Of a stretch of 39,576 bases of DNA, positions 25,541 through 34,734 are shown piece after piece; the first letter of the stretch is position 1, and every line of letters starts with the position of its first letter. Source of the stretch: Candidatus Glassbacteria bacterium RIFCSPLOWO2_12_FULL_58_11 (GTDB taxonomy: Bacteria > Gemmatimonadota > Glassbacteria > GWA2-58-10); the NCBI GenBank assembly GCA_001780825.1, contig MFIX01000256.1, forward strand, positions 1 through 39,576, written 5' to 3'. The notes beneath the pieces are model-generated. The model was not told the origin of the DNA, ran no database searches, and worked only from the letters and a program-made list of their open reading frames with translations. Made by a program: the position numbers and the translations under genes.

Positions 25541-26842
25541 ATGGAACTCTATCTTCTCATAGCCTTTCCCCTGCTGATTCTCATGTCGGCAGTTTTCAGC
25601 AGCGCGGAGACCGCCTATTTCTCCCTCTCCAATTTCGAGTTGTCGCAACTCGAAGAAGAGTACCCGAAATTGGGCCGGCAGGTGCGCCAGCTCCTGGAAA
25701 GCCCGGACCGCCTGCTCAGCGGAATCCTGATGGGCAACATGATCGTCAATATCGGGGCCACCGCGGTAGCGACGATTCTGCTTCACGAGCTGGGCCGTGA
25801 GGCAGGCTGGAGTGAGAAATTGACCTATCTGGTGGCTGTTATCGGCATGACCTTGATTCTGCTGGTATTCGGCGAGGTCAGCCCGAAAGTCTACGCCATG
25901 GCGAATGCCCGTAAGCAAGCGATGAATGTAACCTGGTTCATCCGGGGTTGGCTGATGATATTCCGTCCGGTAATCGGCATTCTGGTACGTTTCAACGCCT
26001 GGTTCAAGGGACGGTTTGCCAGCGCCAGGGAGGACCGGCAGATCCTGGAAGAGGAATTGAAGCTGATGGTGGATATCTCGGCCGAGCAGGGGGACTTGGA
26101 ACAGGAAGAGAAGACGATGATCCACAACATCTTCGAGCTCTCCGAAACCATGGTCCGGGAGATCATGGTGCCCAGGACCGACATCCTCGGCATTTCGCTG
26201 GATACCCCGCTGGATGAGGTGGTGAAATTCGTCCAGGAAATGGGCCACTCCCGTTATCCGGTCTACGAGGGGGATCTGGATAATCTGCGCGGTATCCTTT
26301 ACGCCAAAGACCTGCTGGACTACTCCTACCAGTTCAGAAAAATAAACAGCATGGCCGAGCTGCTGCATGAAATTTACTACGTCCCGGAAGCCAAACGCTG
26401 CGGGGAGACACTGCGGGATTTCCAGAAGCGTCATCAGTACATGGGTATTGTGGTGGATGAGTACGGGGGCACGGAAGGCCTGGTGACTGTCGAGGATATC
26501 ATGGAGGAGATTATCGGTGAAATCCAGGATGAGCACGATGAGGAGGAGCCGCTGATCGTCGAAATGGAACCGGGACAGTACCTGGTCGACGGGAAAATAA
26601 ATATCGAGGATCTGTCCGAGACTCTGGGAGTCCGGCTCGAAGGCGAGGGGTACGAATCGCTGGGCGGCTACATTCTCTCCAGGTTCGGCCGACTGCCCCA
26701 TGCGGGAGAGTTTTTCGAAGCCGAAAACTACCGGTTTACCATTACCAAACTTTCCAAACTTAGGATCTGGAAAGTGCGGATTGACCGGCTCGACGGGAAT
26801 GAACCGAATACCGCGGAAGGTGAACACTTCCTGAATGACTGA
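25541..26842 (+). CDS. DUF21-CBS pair-CorC_HlyC transporter (CNNM/TlyC/CorC family), paralogue 1
   Basis: It has an N-terminal four-TM DUF21 domain (FSSAETAYFSLS), a CBS pair (MVPRTDI...HSRYPVY...VVDEYGGTEGLVTVEDI) and a C-terminal CorC_HlyC domain. Confidence 0.85.
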   Translation: MELYLLIAFPLLILMSAVFSSAETAYFSLSNFELSQLEEEYPKLGRQVRQLLESPDRLLSGILMGNMIVNIGATAVATILLHELGREAGWSEKLTYLVAVIGMTLILLVFGEVSPKVYAMANARKQAMNVTWFIRGWLMIFRPVIGILVRFNAWFKGRFASAREDRQILEEELKLMVDISAEQGDLEQEEKTMIHNIFELSETMVREIMVPRTDILGISLDTPLDEVVKFVQEMGHSRYPVYEGDLDNLRGILYAKDLLDYSYQFRKINSMAELLHEIYYVPEAKRCGETLRDFQKRHQYMGIVVDEYGGTEGLVTVEDIMEEIIGEIQDEHDEEEPLIVEMEPGQYLVDGKINIEDLSETLGVRLEGEGYESLGGYILSRFGRLPHAGEFFEAENYRFTITKLSKLRIWKVRIDRLDGNEPNTAEGEHFLND

Positions 26843-26864
26843 TCCGCTGTAGATCGAGGCGCAT

Positions 26865-28175
26865 GTGGAGTATTACAAGTTATGGCTCATACTGCTGACG
26901 TTGATCGGCAGCGCGTTTTTCAGCGGCTCCGAGACGGCATTGATTTCGATCAACCGGGTCAAGCTGCAGAGCTGGATCGGCAAGAACAAGCGCCTTTCCA
27001 AGCTCGCTGACAGTTTCCTGAACCGCCCCGGCGACCTGCTTTCGAGCCTGCTGGTCGGCAATAACCTGATGAACGTGCTGTTGACAGTCCTGATCGCCGA
27101 TCTGATTATCGAGATGTTCCCGGAGCGCGAGGCCCTCTCCATCCTGGTGACAGTCCTGGTGATCCCGGCACTGACCATGCCGCCGACCCTGTTCTTCGGC
27201 GAAATCATCCCCAAATCGATTGCCCGGGAGCATGCTGGCCGTCTGCTGCCGCTACTCACCACACCGCTTCTGGTCTGCCATTACCTGTTGACCCCGGTGG
27301 TCAAAGTAGTCCACGGGATGACCAGCCTCGTGCTGAAATTTAGCGGGGTGAAATCCCGTAAGCCCGAGATGATTTTCACCCGCAAGAATATCCAGCAGGT
27401 CCTGCTGGAAAGCAAGAGCTCGGGGTTGCTCGATGAGGAGGAGCGCAATTACATCTCGGGGGTGTTCGAATTCAGCGAATCCACGGTCCGCGAGGTAATG
27501 ACGCCTCGGATAGAGATTGAAGCGGTGCCCCGGGGCACCTCGATGGATGAAATAGCGGATAAGATAAACCAGAGCAATTATTCGCGAATCCCTATTTATG
27601 AGGATTCGCTGGACCATATCATCGGGATCGTCCATGTGGTGGACCTGCTCAGCGGCAGCGGTTCCGGAGAGCCGGTAATCCATCCGGTGATTTTTACGCC
27701 GGAGACCCGGAAGTGCGACAGCCTGTTTAACGAAATGCGCCAGAAAAAATGCCACCTCGCGGTGGTGCTGGATGAGTATGGCGGCACCTCGGGCATAGTC
27801 ACGCTGGAGGATTTGCTCGAGGAACTGGTGGGTGATATTCACGATGTCCACGATGCGACCGGCTCGCTGGTCAAAATCGGCCGGGACAACAGTATAATTG
27901 TCGACGGCCGCACCCGTATCGATGAGCTCGAGGGCAAGATCGAGCTGCCGGAGACGGAATACGAGGTGGAGACAATCGGCGGCCTGCTGGTATCCGAGCT
28001 CGGACGGATTCCCGATCAGGGAGAGCGCTTCCAACTGGGCCGGGTCAGGATCACCGTGCTGGAAACCTCGCCGAAGCATGTGGTAAGCCTGAGGCTCCGT
28101 CAGATAGAATCCGCGGTGAATGAGCCGGAGGCGAACGAGAGCAGTATCCGCCCGATCCGGGAAGAGGAAGACTGA
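26865..28175 (+). CDS. DUF21-CBS pair-CorC_HlyC transporter (CNNM/TlyC/CorC family), paralogue 2
   Basis: It has the same architecture (FSGSETALISIN; MTPRIEI...YSRIPIY...VLDEYGGTSGIVTLEDL). The GTG start at 26865 has GAGG 5 nt upstream. It is only distantly similar to paralogue 1. Confidence 0.85.
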   Translation: MEYYKLWLILLTLIGSAFFSGSETALISINRVKLQSWIGKNKRLSKLADSFLNRPGDLLSSLLVGNNLMNVLLTVLIADLIIEMFPEREALSILVTVLVIPALTMPPTLFFGEIIPKSIAREHAGRLLPLLTTPLLVCHYLLTPVVKVVHGMTSLVLKFSGVKSRKPEMIFTRKNIQQVLLESKSSGLLDEEERNYISGVFEFSESTVREVMTPRIEIEAVPRGTSMDEIADKINQSNYSRIPIYEDSLDHIIGIVHVVDLLSGSGSGEPVIHPVIFTPETRKCDSLFNEMRQKKCHLAVVLDEYGGTSGIVTLEDLLEELVGDIHDVHDATGSLVKIGRDNSIIVDGRTRIDELEGKIELPETEYEVETIGGLLVSELGRIPDQGERFQLGRVRITVLETSPKHVVSLRLRQIESAVNEPEANESSIRPIREEED

Positions 28176-28223
28176 CTGCGCGGCTGTACGGCGCGAAGGC
28201 CAATCTTAAGCTTGAGTGATACT

Positions 28224-29558
28224 ATGGAATTGACCCTCGAAGAAGTAAGAAGACTGCTCGAGCTCGGCGAAAATGGGCGCAAGGAGCTCAGTACGCTGGT
28301 CGAGGAGACTCATCCGGCCGACCTGGCGGATATTATCGAGCGGATGGCGGAGGAGGAGCGCGCCAGGTTTTTCAGCACCCTGCCCGCGGAGCTGGCCTCC
28401 CAGACCCTGGCGGAAACGACCGATGAGAACCAGGAAGAGCTGATCAAGAGCCTGGACGACCGGGCCCTGTCGCAGGTTTTCGAGGAGCTGCCGGACGATG
28501 ACGCGACGGATATAGTCCAGGAGCTGAGCGAAAAGGAAGCCCTCCGGGTCATGCGGGTGATCGAGAAGGAGGACCGCGAGGACATCCAGACCCTGCTCAA
28601 GTACCCCGAGGATACGGCGGGCGGAGTGATGACCGCCGAGCTGATTGTCGTGGACATGGGGCTGACCGCCCAGGAAGCAATCAGGGAGGTCAGGGAACAG
28701 GGACAGGAAATAGAGTTTTATACGGTTTATGTAGTGGATCAGAATAAAGTGCTGCGGGGAACGATTTCAGCCCGGGATTTAATCCTGGCGGACCCCCTGG
28801 CCCGGGTCTCGGAGATCATGGAAACGGATCTGGTGAGCGTCCCGCCGGAGATGGACCAGGAGGATGTGGCCCGGACCCTGGCCCGCTACAACCAGGTATC
28901 GATTCCGGTGGTGCTCGATGGCCGCCTGCTGGGCCGGGTCACCGTGGATGATGTGATCGACATCCTGGAAGAGGAGGCGACCGAAGACCTTTTCCGCATG
29001 AGCGGCGTCCATCACGATGAGAGCGTGGAGAGTGTCGGGATACTGCATTCGGTGCGCTCCCGCCTGCCCTGGCTGTGTCTGAATCTGGCCCTGATTTTCA
29101 TTTCCGCCAACATAATCAAATTTTACATCCATGTCCTGGAGCGGGTGACGATTCTGGCGATGTTCCTGCCGGTGGTGGCCGGAATCGGCGGCAATACCTC
29201 CACCCAGAGCCTGGCGGTCACCCTGCGACGCCTGATTCTCGACGAGACGATCGGGGGCCGGCGGCGCAGGGTGCTGATCCACGAATCCCTGGTGGCCCTG
29301 ATGAACGGCCTGGCGATCAGCGTGGTGATTTTCCTGGCGGTTCTGTTCATTCAGAAGGACCTGTCCCTGGCTTTGACTGTAGGCGGTGCGGCCTGGACCT
29401 CGATGACCGTGGCCGGCTTTATCGGCGCTTTCATGCCGATCGCCCTGAAAGCACTGGGCTTCGATCCCACGGTTTCCTCCACGGTTATTTCTAATCTGAC
29501 GGATATGATGAGCTTTTTCCTGCTCCTCGGTTTGGGGGCATTGCTCTTTCTGCACTGA
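28224..29558 (+). CDS. mgtE: Magnesium transporter MgtE
   Basis: It has the MgtE N-domain (HPADLADIIERM), a CBS pair and the C-terminal five-TM MgtE domain (GIGGNTSTQSLAVTLR). I use the ATG at 28224; the track start is the TTG at 28212. Confidence 0.9.
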   Translation: MELTLEEVRRLLELGENGRKELSTLVEETHPADLADIIERMAEEERARFFSTLPAELASQTLAETTDENQEELIKSLDDRALSQVFEELPDDDATDIVQELSEKEALRVMRVIEKEDREDIQTLLKYPEDTAGGVMTAELIVVDMGLTAQEAIREVREQGQEIEFYTVYVVDQNKVLRGTISARDLILADPLARVSEIMETDLVSVPPEMDQEDVARTLARYNQVSIPVVLDGRLLGRVTVDDVIDILEEEATEDLFRMSGVHHDESVESVGILHSVRSRLPWLCLNLALIFISANIIKFYIHVLERVTILAMFLPVVAGIGGNTSTQSLAVTLRRLILDETIGGRRRRVLIHESLVALMNGLAISVVIFLAVLFIQKDLSLALTVGGAAWTSMTVAGFIGAFMPIALKALGFDPTVSSTVISNLTDMMSFFLLLGLGALLFLH

Positions 29559-29589
29559 CCTGCCACACTCTCTCATTATTGAAAAAAGC

Positions 29590-30417
29590 ATGGATCCGGT
29601 CCGGCAACAGGCGATTGTCATTGGAGGCGTCAACTACAGCGATTCCAGCCGGGTGGTCTGGATGCTGACCCCGGATTACGGCAGGCAATCCTTTCTGGTC
29701 AAGGGCGCACGAAGACAAAAAAGCAAATATCTGGGCAGCCTGGAGACTTTCAACCTGGTGCGGGTGAGCTATCGCCGGCGCGAGCGCAGCTCGCTTTACA
29801 CCCTGGGCGAGGTGGATGTCGAAAACCATTTCGGCGGGATACGCCGCAGCCTGGACGCTTTCTGGGCCGCCTCCCAGGCCACCGAGCTGATCAAGCTGAT
29901 CAGTCATGAGGAGCAGGAGGGAGCGGCGCTGTTCGAGCTGCTGAGCGGATTTTTATCCCTGACCGACAGAAAGTCCGGAGACCGCGCGTTCCTGGCCTCC
30001 CTGCTCGCCGCATTCCGTTGGCGGCTTACCAGCCTGATCGGCCTGGAGCCGCAGCTTGTCGAATGCGTCCGCTGCGAAAAAAAACTGACTCGGGCGGAGA
30101 AGTACCGTTTCCTTCTCATCCGCGGCGGAGTCTGCTGCGCGGAATGCGGAGGCTCCCCCGAGCCGGCGGACCTGGCGGAGGAGCATGCCGGGCTGGTCAG
30201 CTACGAAGCCCTGCGCTTCATTTATCGCAGCATCAGGCGTTTCCCGGCCGACCCGGAAGATCTGCCGCAGTTGAGCGGCAGCCTTCTCGGCGAGATCGAG
30301 GAACTCGCGCGCAGATACCTGGCCTATCACCTGGATGAAAAGCCCCGCGAGGGCAAGATCTTACCGCGAACGGCCCCAACCGGGTCACTGAACTGGAAGC
30401 CGGGTAATGATAACTAG
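29590..30417 (+). CDS. recO: DNA repair protein RecO
   Basis: It has an OB-fold N-terminus (AIVIGGVNYSDSSRVVWMLTPDYGRQSFLVKGARR) and a Cys4 zinc site (CVRCEKK...CCAEC). Confidence 0.85.
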   Translation: MDPVRQQAIVIGGVNYSDSSRVVWMLTPDYGRQSFLVKGARRQKSKYLGSLETFNLVRVSYRRRERSSLYTLGEVDVENHFGGIRRSLDAFWAASQATELIKLISHEEQEGAALFELLSGFLSLTDRKSGDRAFLASLLAAFRWRLTSLIGLEPQLVECVRCEKKLTRAEKYRFLLIRGGVCCAECGGSPEPADLAEEHAGLVSYEALRFIYRSIRRFPADPEDLPQLSGSLLGEIEELARRYLAYHLDEKPREGKILPRTAPTGSLNWKPGNDN

Positions 30418-30464
30418 CCGCTTGTCCGCCGGAAGCGGAAGTGCCATGCGGAGGAGGCCGCCGG

Positions 30465-30866
30465 ATGCCAACGTTCTGGAATAAGCTGGCCCGTCCGGAA
30501 TTTGTCGCCGGACATTACCGCGGGATCATTTTAACCGCCGTGCTGATCAATACCACGCTGATAGTGTTCCTGGTGGTTTACATCTGGACCTATGGCCTGG
30601 AGCTTCACGGGGCGCGGCAAATGGCCGGACAGGGATTTCCGGGCGGCAAGGAGACCCTCCTGCCGGTCGAAATGACTGTGCAGGCCGACCGGATAATTGT
30701 CTGGAGCAAGCCCGGTGGAGTGAATAAGGGCGCATCCAGCCGCGGCATCCTGGAAAAGGGAGAGAAAGTTCAGGTGTTGGACCGGGTGGAGTTCGAGGGC
30801 GCGATCTGGCTCGAAGTGGCGCTGGTGGGGCGCAGAGGCTGGGTGAAAGCCGAAGGATTAAACTAG
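30465..30866 (+). CDS. Membrane-anchored bacterial SH3 (SH3_3-like) domain protein
   Basis: It has one TM helix (IILTAVLINTTLIVFLVVYIW) and a C-terminus (GILEKGEKVQVLDRVEFEGAIWLEVALVGRRGWVKAEGL) with a typical SH3b pattern. The ATG at 30465 has GGAGGAGG 8 nt upstream; the track start is the GTG at 30441. Confidence 0.55.
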   Translation: MPTFWNKLARPEFVAGHYRGIILTAVLINTTLIVFLVVYIWTYGLELHGARQMAGQGFPGGKETLLPVEMTVQADRIIVWSKPGGVNKGASSRGILEKGEKVQVLDRVEFEGAIWLEVALVGRRGWVKAEGLN

Positions 30867-30941
30867 GTGATATTCAAAGGGTAGAAAGGCTTAAAAGCAA
30901 GTTGAAATATTATCCCGGCGGCTGGTTTTTTCCCAGCCACT

Positions 30942-30969
30942 GTAGGGGCGGTTCGCTAACCGCCCCTAC
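30942..30969. repeat. REP-family 28-bp palindrome GTAGGGGCGGTT-CGCT-AACCGCCCCTAC
   Basis: A 12-bp perfect stem including the GTAG and CTAC ends, with a 4-nt loop. It lies between the convergent SH3 and M23 genes, 3 nt after another hairpin (GGCTGG 30920-30925 with CCAGCC 30933-30938). Confidence 0.8.
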
Positions 30970-31122
30970 AATTTCATATAGATTATAATGTTACGTGGTT
31001 TTGTCAAATATCATTTGCCTCAATTAGGAAAGAGCAAAGGATAAAACAACACGCACTTACTTGTTCGGGATTATTATCTGTGGACCAGACAAATTGCCGG
31101 ATTAATTATACTGCGGCGGTAA

Positions 31123-32490
31123 TCATTGGCCGCGCGAGGCTGACAGCGTGGAGCCTTTTCCGCTGGCGGCGCCGGCCGCCGCTACCGGCGGGCGGCTGTC
31201 ACTCAGGCCGATTGCATTGAGCTGGCTTGCCATGGAATCTCTCAGAGCGGCGAACTGCGCCATATTCGCGGGATTTACTGGCTCTCCGGCCGGGATGTCC
31301 ACCTTCAGCGGATTAATCAGGACGCCGTTCTTGTAGAAGCAAAAGTGCAGGTGCGGACCGGTGGCCAGCCCGGTGCTGCCCACATAGCCGATCACCTGGC
31401 CCTGGGTGACCCGGCCGCCCGAGGCAAGCCCTCGGGCGTAGCGCGAGAGGTGGCCGTAGGCGGTCGAATACATCCCATTATGCTTGATCATAATGTAATT
31501 GCCGAAGCCGCCGTTCCTGCCCCGCTGAATGACTTTACCATCCCCCAGGGCCAGGATCGGCGTCCCGGTTGGGGCCGCGTAATCGACTCCCAGGTGCGGA
31601 CGGAAGATTTTCAGTATCGGGTGGAACCGGCTGCGGTTGAAACGGCTGGAAATGCGGGGCATGTATTTGAAAGGCGAGCGCAGGAATTTGCGCCGCATGC
31701 TTTTTCCATCCAGGTCGAAATAATCCACAGAGCTGTCCGGGTTGGTGAAGCGGATGGCCCAGAGGGTCTTACCGCCGTTGTTGAATACCGCGGCCATGAT
31801 TTTTCCCAGCTTGGCCGTACCCTTGGGGTGGAGCTTTTCCTCATAAATCAGCTTGAAACTGTCGCCCCGCTGGATATCATTGTGGAAGTCGATCTGCCAG
31901 GCGTAGATTTCGCTCAGCGCCAGCGCCAGTTCCGGATTTGAAGACAGCCCGATCAGCGTTTCATAAAGCGAGCTATTGATAATCCCGCCTATTTCCCGCT
32001 CGCGAACTTGATAAACCGTCTCCTCTACATTCGAAGCCCAGCCTGCCGAATCCACCCGGGCGACTATCAGAGTGCGGTCCGCGTCGATCTCGTACCTGAG
32101 CTCGGTCAACGAACTGTCCTGAAAGGAGAATTCAAAAACGTGCCCTGTAGTGACACAGTTCAGATTGTGCGAGGGTTTGGCCGCAGTCAGTAATTGATAC
32201 AGATACTCCCGGTCGATACCATTGCGCTGGAGGATCGTTTCGAAAGTATCGCCGCTTTTTACCTTGTCGTCGAGAGTGTAAGGCTCGATCGCCGGAGCGA
32301 GGGAGTCCTCGCCGCTCGACAGGCTGTCCGGGTCAGCGCCGGCTCGAAGCGATTCAGGATAATCAGCGGAGTTGAAGGGGTCGGACTGGTAGGTTCTGAG
32401 GACTGAAGAGACGGAGAAGACACAGGCCGTGAAAACCAGGAACGGGACAAGAACCCTGAGCCTGATCTTTTTCGAGCGTTCTTTTTCCAT
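31123..32490 (-). CDS. M23-family peptidoglycan DD-metalloendopeptidase
   Basis: HLGVDYAAPTGTPILA and GYVGSTGLATGPHLHF are the M23 zinc motifs. It has an N-terminal TM anchor. I prefer the ATG at 32490 (MEKERSKKIRLRVLVPFLVF), with AGGA 7 nt upstream, over the track TTG at 32577. Confidence 0.85.
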   Translation of the reverse strand: MEKERSKKIRLRVLVPFLVFTACVFSVSSVLRTYQSDPFNSADYPESLRAGADPDSLSSGEDSLAPAIEPYTLDDKVKSGDTFETILQRNGIDREYLYQLLTAAKPSHNLNCVTTGHVFEFSFQDSSLTELRYEIDADRTLIVARVDSAGWASNVEETVYQVREREIGGIINSSLYETLIGLSSNPELALALSEIYAWQIDFHNDIQRGDSFKLIYEEKLHPKGTAKLGKIMAAVFNNGGKTLWAIRFTNPDSSVDYFDLDGKSMRRKFLRSPFKYMPRISSRFNRSRFHPILKIFRPHLGVDYAAPTGTPILALGDGKVIQRGRNGGFGNYIMIKHNGMYSTAYGHLSRYARGLASGGRVTQGQVIGYVGSTGLATGPHLHFCFYKNGVLINPLKVDIPAGEPVNPANMAQFAALRDSMASQLNAIGLSDSRPPVAAAGAASGKGSTLSASRGQ

Positions 32491-32577
32491 AATAATCCTG
32501 GAGCCGCCTTTGCGGAAAAGGTGTTTCAGGTCTGAGTTCATTATATCCGGGGGCTGGGGTGAAGACAGTAACGGCAA

Positions 32578-32606
32578 AATAAAAGGTCTTACGCCTGGTT
32601 TGTCAA
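32578..32606 (-). promoter_or_regulatory. Candidate promoter for the M23 peptidase gene
   Basis: On the minus strand: TTGACA (32606-32601), a 17-nt spacer, then TTTATT (32583-32578). It would place the transcription start downstream of the track's TTG start at 32577, which supports the shorter CDS. Confidence 0.3.
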
Positions 32607-32703
32607 GAATATCGTGCGTCGCAACACTGAATTATTTTTCCAGCACGGCCCGTCCGCTGCTTATTGCGAGCCTGGGAGGCTGAAAAAAATCTTTGCCACG
32701 CAA

Positions 32704-33246
32704 TTAAGAACTTCTGATTTGCGCAATTTGTTGCAAATAGGTCCGGCGCACTTTTTCAAAAAAATCCAGGGCCAGGCAGCTGCGATAATCGGGATAAGTC
32801 CATTCCAGCGGCTGCAGGCAGCCCTGGTGATAGCGCAAGGTAACCTCTCCGAAAATTCTCCGGCCGAGACAGATCCGGTGCGAATAGTTTTTGGTCGAGG
32901 CGAGAACGAGTTTCGCATCCGACCAGTAACCCGGATCGATATTGACCAGCCTGCCGCCCTGGGGCGAACGGTGGAGCCTCTCGCAGGCCGCGGTGCGGCG
33001 CTTGAGCCGGACCAGCTCCTCGGGCCGCCGCAGGACGCTGAAACTGAAAAATTGCTTCAGCAGGGCGGGCCCCATCTCCGCCCGGTAATAATCCGACTGG
33101 TCGAAGGCAAAGACCGGGCTTTGCAGGTCGATCTCGCCCAGGATTTCGCTCAGGCGGCCGACGGCCTGTATCAGATGTTCCTCCTGGCACGCCATGATCG
33201 CCGCCACCGGTTTGACCAGTCTCGGGATTCGGATTTTTCCCTTCAA
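32704..33246 (-). CDS. DUF4416-family protein, function unknown
   Basis: The 180-aa protein has FDQSDYYRAEMGP, VNIDPGYWSDAKLVLASTKNYSHRI and WTYPDY, which match my recollection of DUF4416. The TTG start at 33246 has GGAGG 5 nt upstream. It lies 72 nt downstream of ftsZ on the same strand. Confidence 0.55.
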   Translation of the reverse strand: MKGKIRIPRLVKPVAAIMACQEEHLIQAVGRLSEILGEIDLQSPVFAFDQSDYYRAEMGPALLKQFFSFSVLRRPEELVRLKRRTAACERLHRSPQGGRLVNIDPGYWSDAKLVLASTKNYSHRICLGRRIFGEVTLRYHQGCLQPLEWTYPDYRSCLALDFFEKVRRTYLQQIAQIRSS

Positions 33247-33318
33247 AATTTCCTCCGCCCACCTGCCGGCTTGTTCGCGGCAAATGCCGGACGGCCGGGT
33301 AAGCCGGGCAGATTCCGC

Positions 33319-34524
33319 TCAGTCGACCTGACGGCGGATGAAAGTCGGGATTTCGAGCTCCTCTATAGTCAGCGGATAGGGCCCGGTCTTGATCGGCACC
33401 GTGCCGCTTTTGACGATATCGTTTCTGTCCGTGCCGGTACGGATCGAGTTGTGGGTCACCTGGCTCGACACGCTCAGGTCATCGTTAATGACCCGGCTGA
33501 TTTCGAGAACATTGTCGCTGCGGGCTTCGAGCAGGTTCTTGTTGATCTGCACCTGCTCTCTTTTTTCACCGAACCCGGTGGCGATCACGGTTACGCGGAC
33601 CTGGCCGTTCATCGATTCATCGATCGCCGCGCCGAAAATGATGTTCGCCTCCTCGCCGGCGGCCTCGTAGATGATGTTATTGGCATCGTTGACCTCGTGC
33701 AGCGTCAGGTCCGAACCGCCGGTAATATTGACCAGCACGCCCTTGGCGCCTTTGATCTGGACATCCTCCAGCAGTGGAGAGCTGATCGCCTCCTGCGCCG
33801 CCTCGCTGGCGCGATACTCCCCGGAGGCGAACCCTGTGCCCATCAGCGCATCACCCATGTTCGCCATGATTGTCTTGACATCGGCGAAATCCAGATTGAC
33901 CAGGGCCGGCGTGGTGATCAGCTCCGAGATGCCCTGGCAGGCGTAGAACAGGATATTGTCCGCGATCTGGAGCGCCTCGGGGAAAGTCGTGCTTTTTCCC
34001 ACCAGGCCCAGCAGCCGCTGGTTGGGCACGATGATAATCGTATCCACGTATTTGCGCAGCTCGATGATCCCGGAGTCGGCCTGCTTGATTCTCTTACGGC
34101 CCTCGAAGATGAAGGGTCGGGTGACCACTCCGATAGTCAGGGCGCCCAGTTCCCTGGCGATCTCGGCCACCACCGGCGCGGCGCCCGTGCCGGTCCCGCC
34201 TCCCATGCCGGCGGTGATAAAGACCATATCGGAACCATCCAGCATCTGGGACACTTCCTCCCGGCTCTCCTCGATCGCCTGGCGGCCGACTTCCGGGCGG
34301 GCGCCGGCGCCGAGCCCCTTGGTCAGCTCCTTGCCGATCTGGACCTTATACTGGGCTTTGTTGATCGAGAGCGCCTGTACATCCGTGTTGCAGGCGATAA
34401 AATCAACCCCCTTCATATCGGAGATAATCATGTGATTTATCGCATTGCCGCCTGCGCCCCCGACACCGATCACGGTGATGCGGGCCATCTGCTCCTGGGC
34501 ATCCGTAAATTCGAATGTCGCCAT
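33319..34524 (-). CDS. ftsZ: Cell division protein FtsZ
   Basis: It has GVGGAGGNAINHM and the tubulin signature GGGTGTGAAPVVAEIAR. The ATG at 34524 (MATFEFTD) has GGGGAGAAG upstream. The track start at 34593 adds 23 unlikely residues. Confidence 0.95.
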   Translation of the reverse strand: MATFEFTDAQEQMARITVIGVGGAGGNAINHMIISDMKGVDFIACNTDVQALSINKAQYKVQIGKELTKGLGAGARPEVGRQAIEESREEVSQMLDGSDMVFITAGMGGGTGTGAAPVVAEIARELGALTIGVVTRPFIFEGRKRIKQADSGIIELRKYVDTIIIVPNQRLLGLVGKSTTFPEALQIADNILFYACQGISELITTPALVNLDFADVKTIMANMGDALMGTGFASGEYRASEAAQEAISSPLLEDVQIKGAKGVLVNITGGSDLTLHEVNDANNIIYEAAGEEANIIFGAAIDESMNGQVRVTVIATGFGEKREQVQINKNLLEARSDNVLEISRVINDDLSVSSQVTHNSIRTGTDRNDIVKSGTVPIKTGPYPLTIEELEIPTFIRRQVD

Positions 34525-34734
34525 TGGCTTCTCCCCGTTCAGGTTTAAAGTCGATAGCTTCGTAAAAAGTCCATCTGCTTCGTTGTGCGGCAAATCTCGT
34601 CGCTGCGGCGTACCGCTAAATACGCCTCATTCCTCGATTTTTGCACGCCTCGTATCTGGAGCTTTTTACTTTGCTATCCGATTTCAGAAAGAATCAGGAA
34701 CCATTAAAGTCGATCTATTGAAAATGGTATTCTT

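Noticed and set aside
32614-34548. Very long plus-strand ORF (644 aa) and similar long ORFs antisense to real genes: 8..661, 4077..5213, 5467..6735, 6861..8060, 9074..9847, 10431..11426, 16661..17665, 21397..22386, 25472..26827, 27252..28079, 28779..29633, 34445..35389.
   Set aside because: Each lies opposite a gene with unmistakable family motifs (ftsZ, ABC transporter, sulfatase, rfbD, phoH, corC, mgtE and others). Their translations are Arg/Gly/Pro/Ala-rich and low in information, as expected for antisense frames in GC-rich DNA.
34545-34714. An 11-nt direct repeat TTAAAGTCGAT at both ends of the ftsA-ftsZ intergenic region (34545-34555 and 34704-34714).
   Set aside because: It is locally improbable, but I found it after inspecting about 20 intergenic regions. 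There is no palindromic or known-operator character. I note it only in case a regulator-site search later recovers it.
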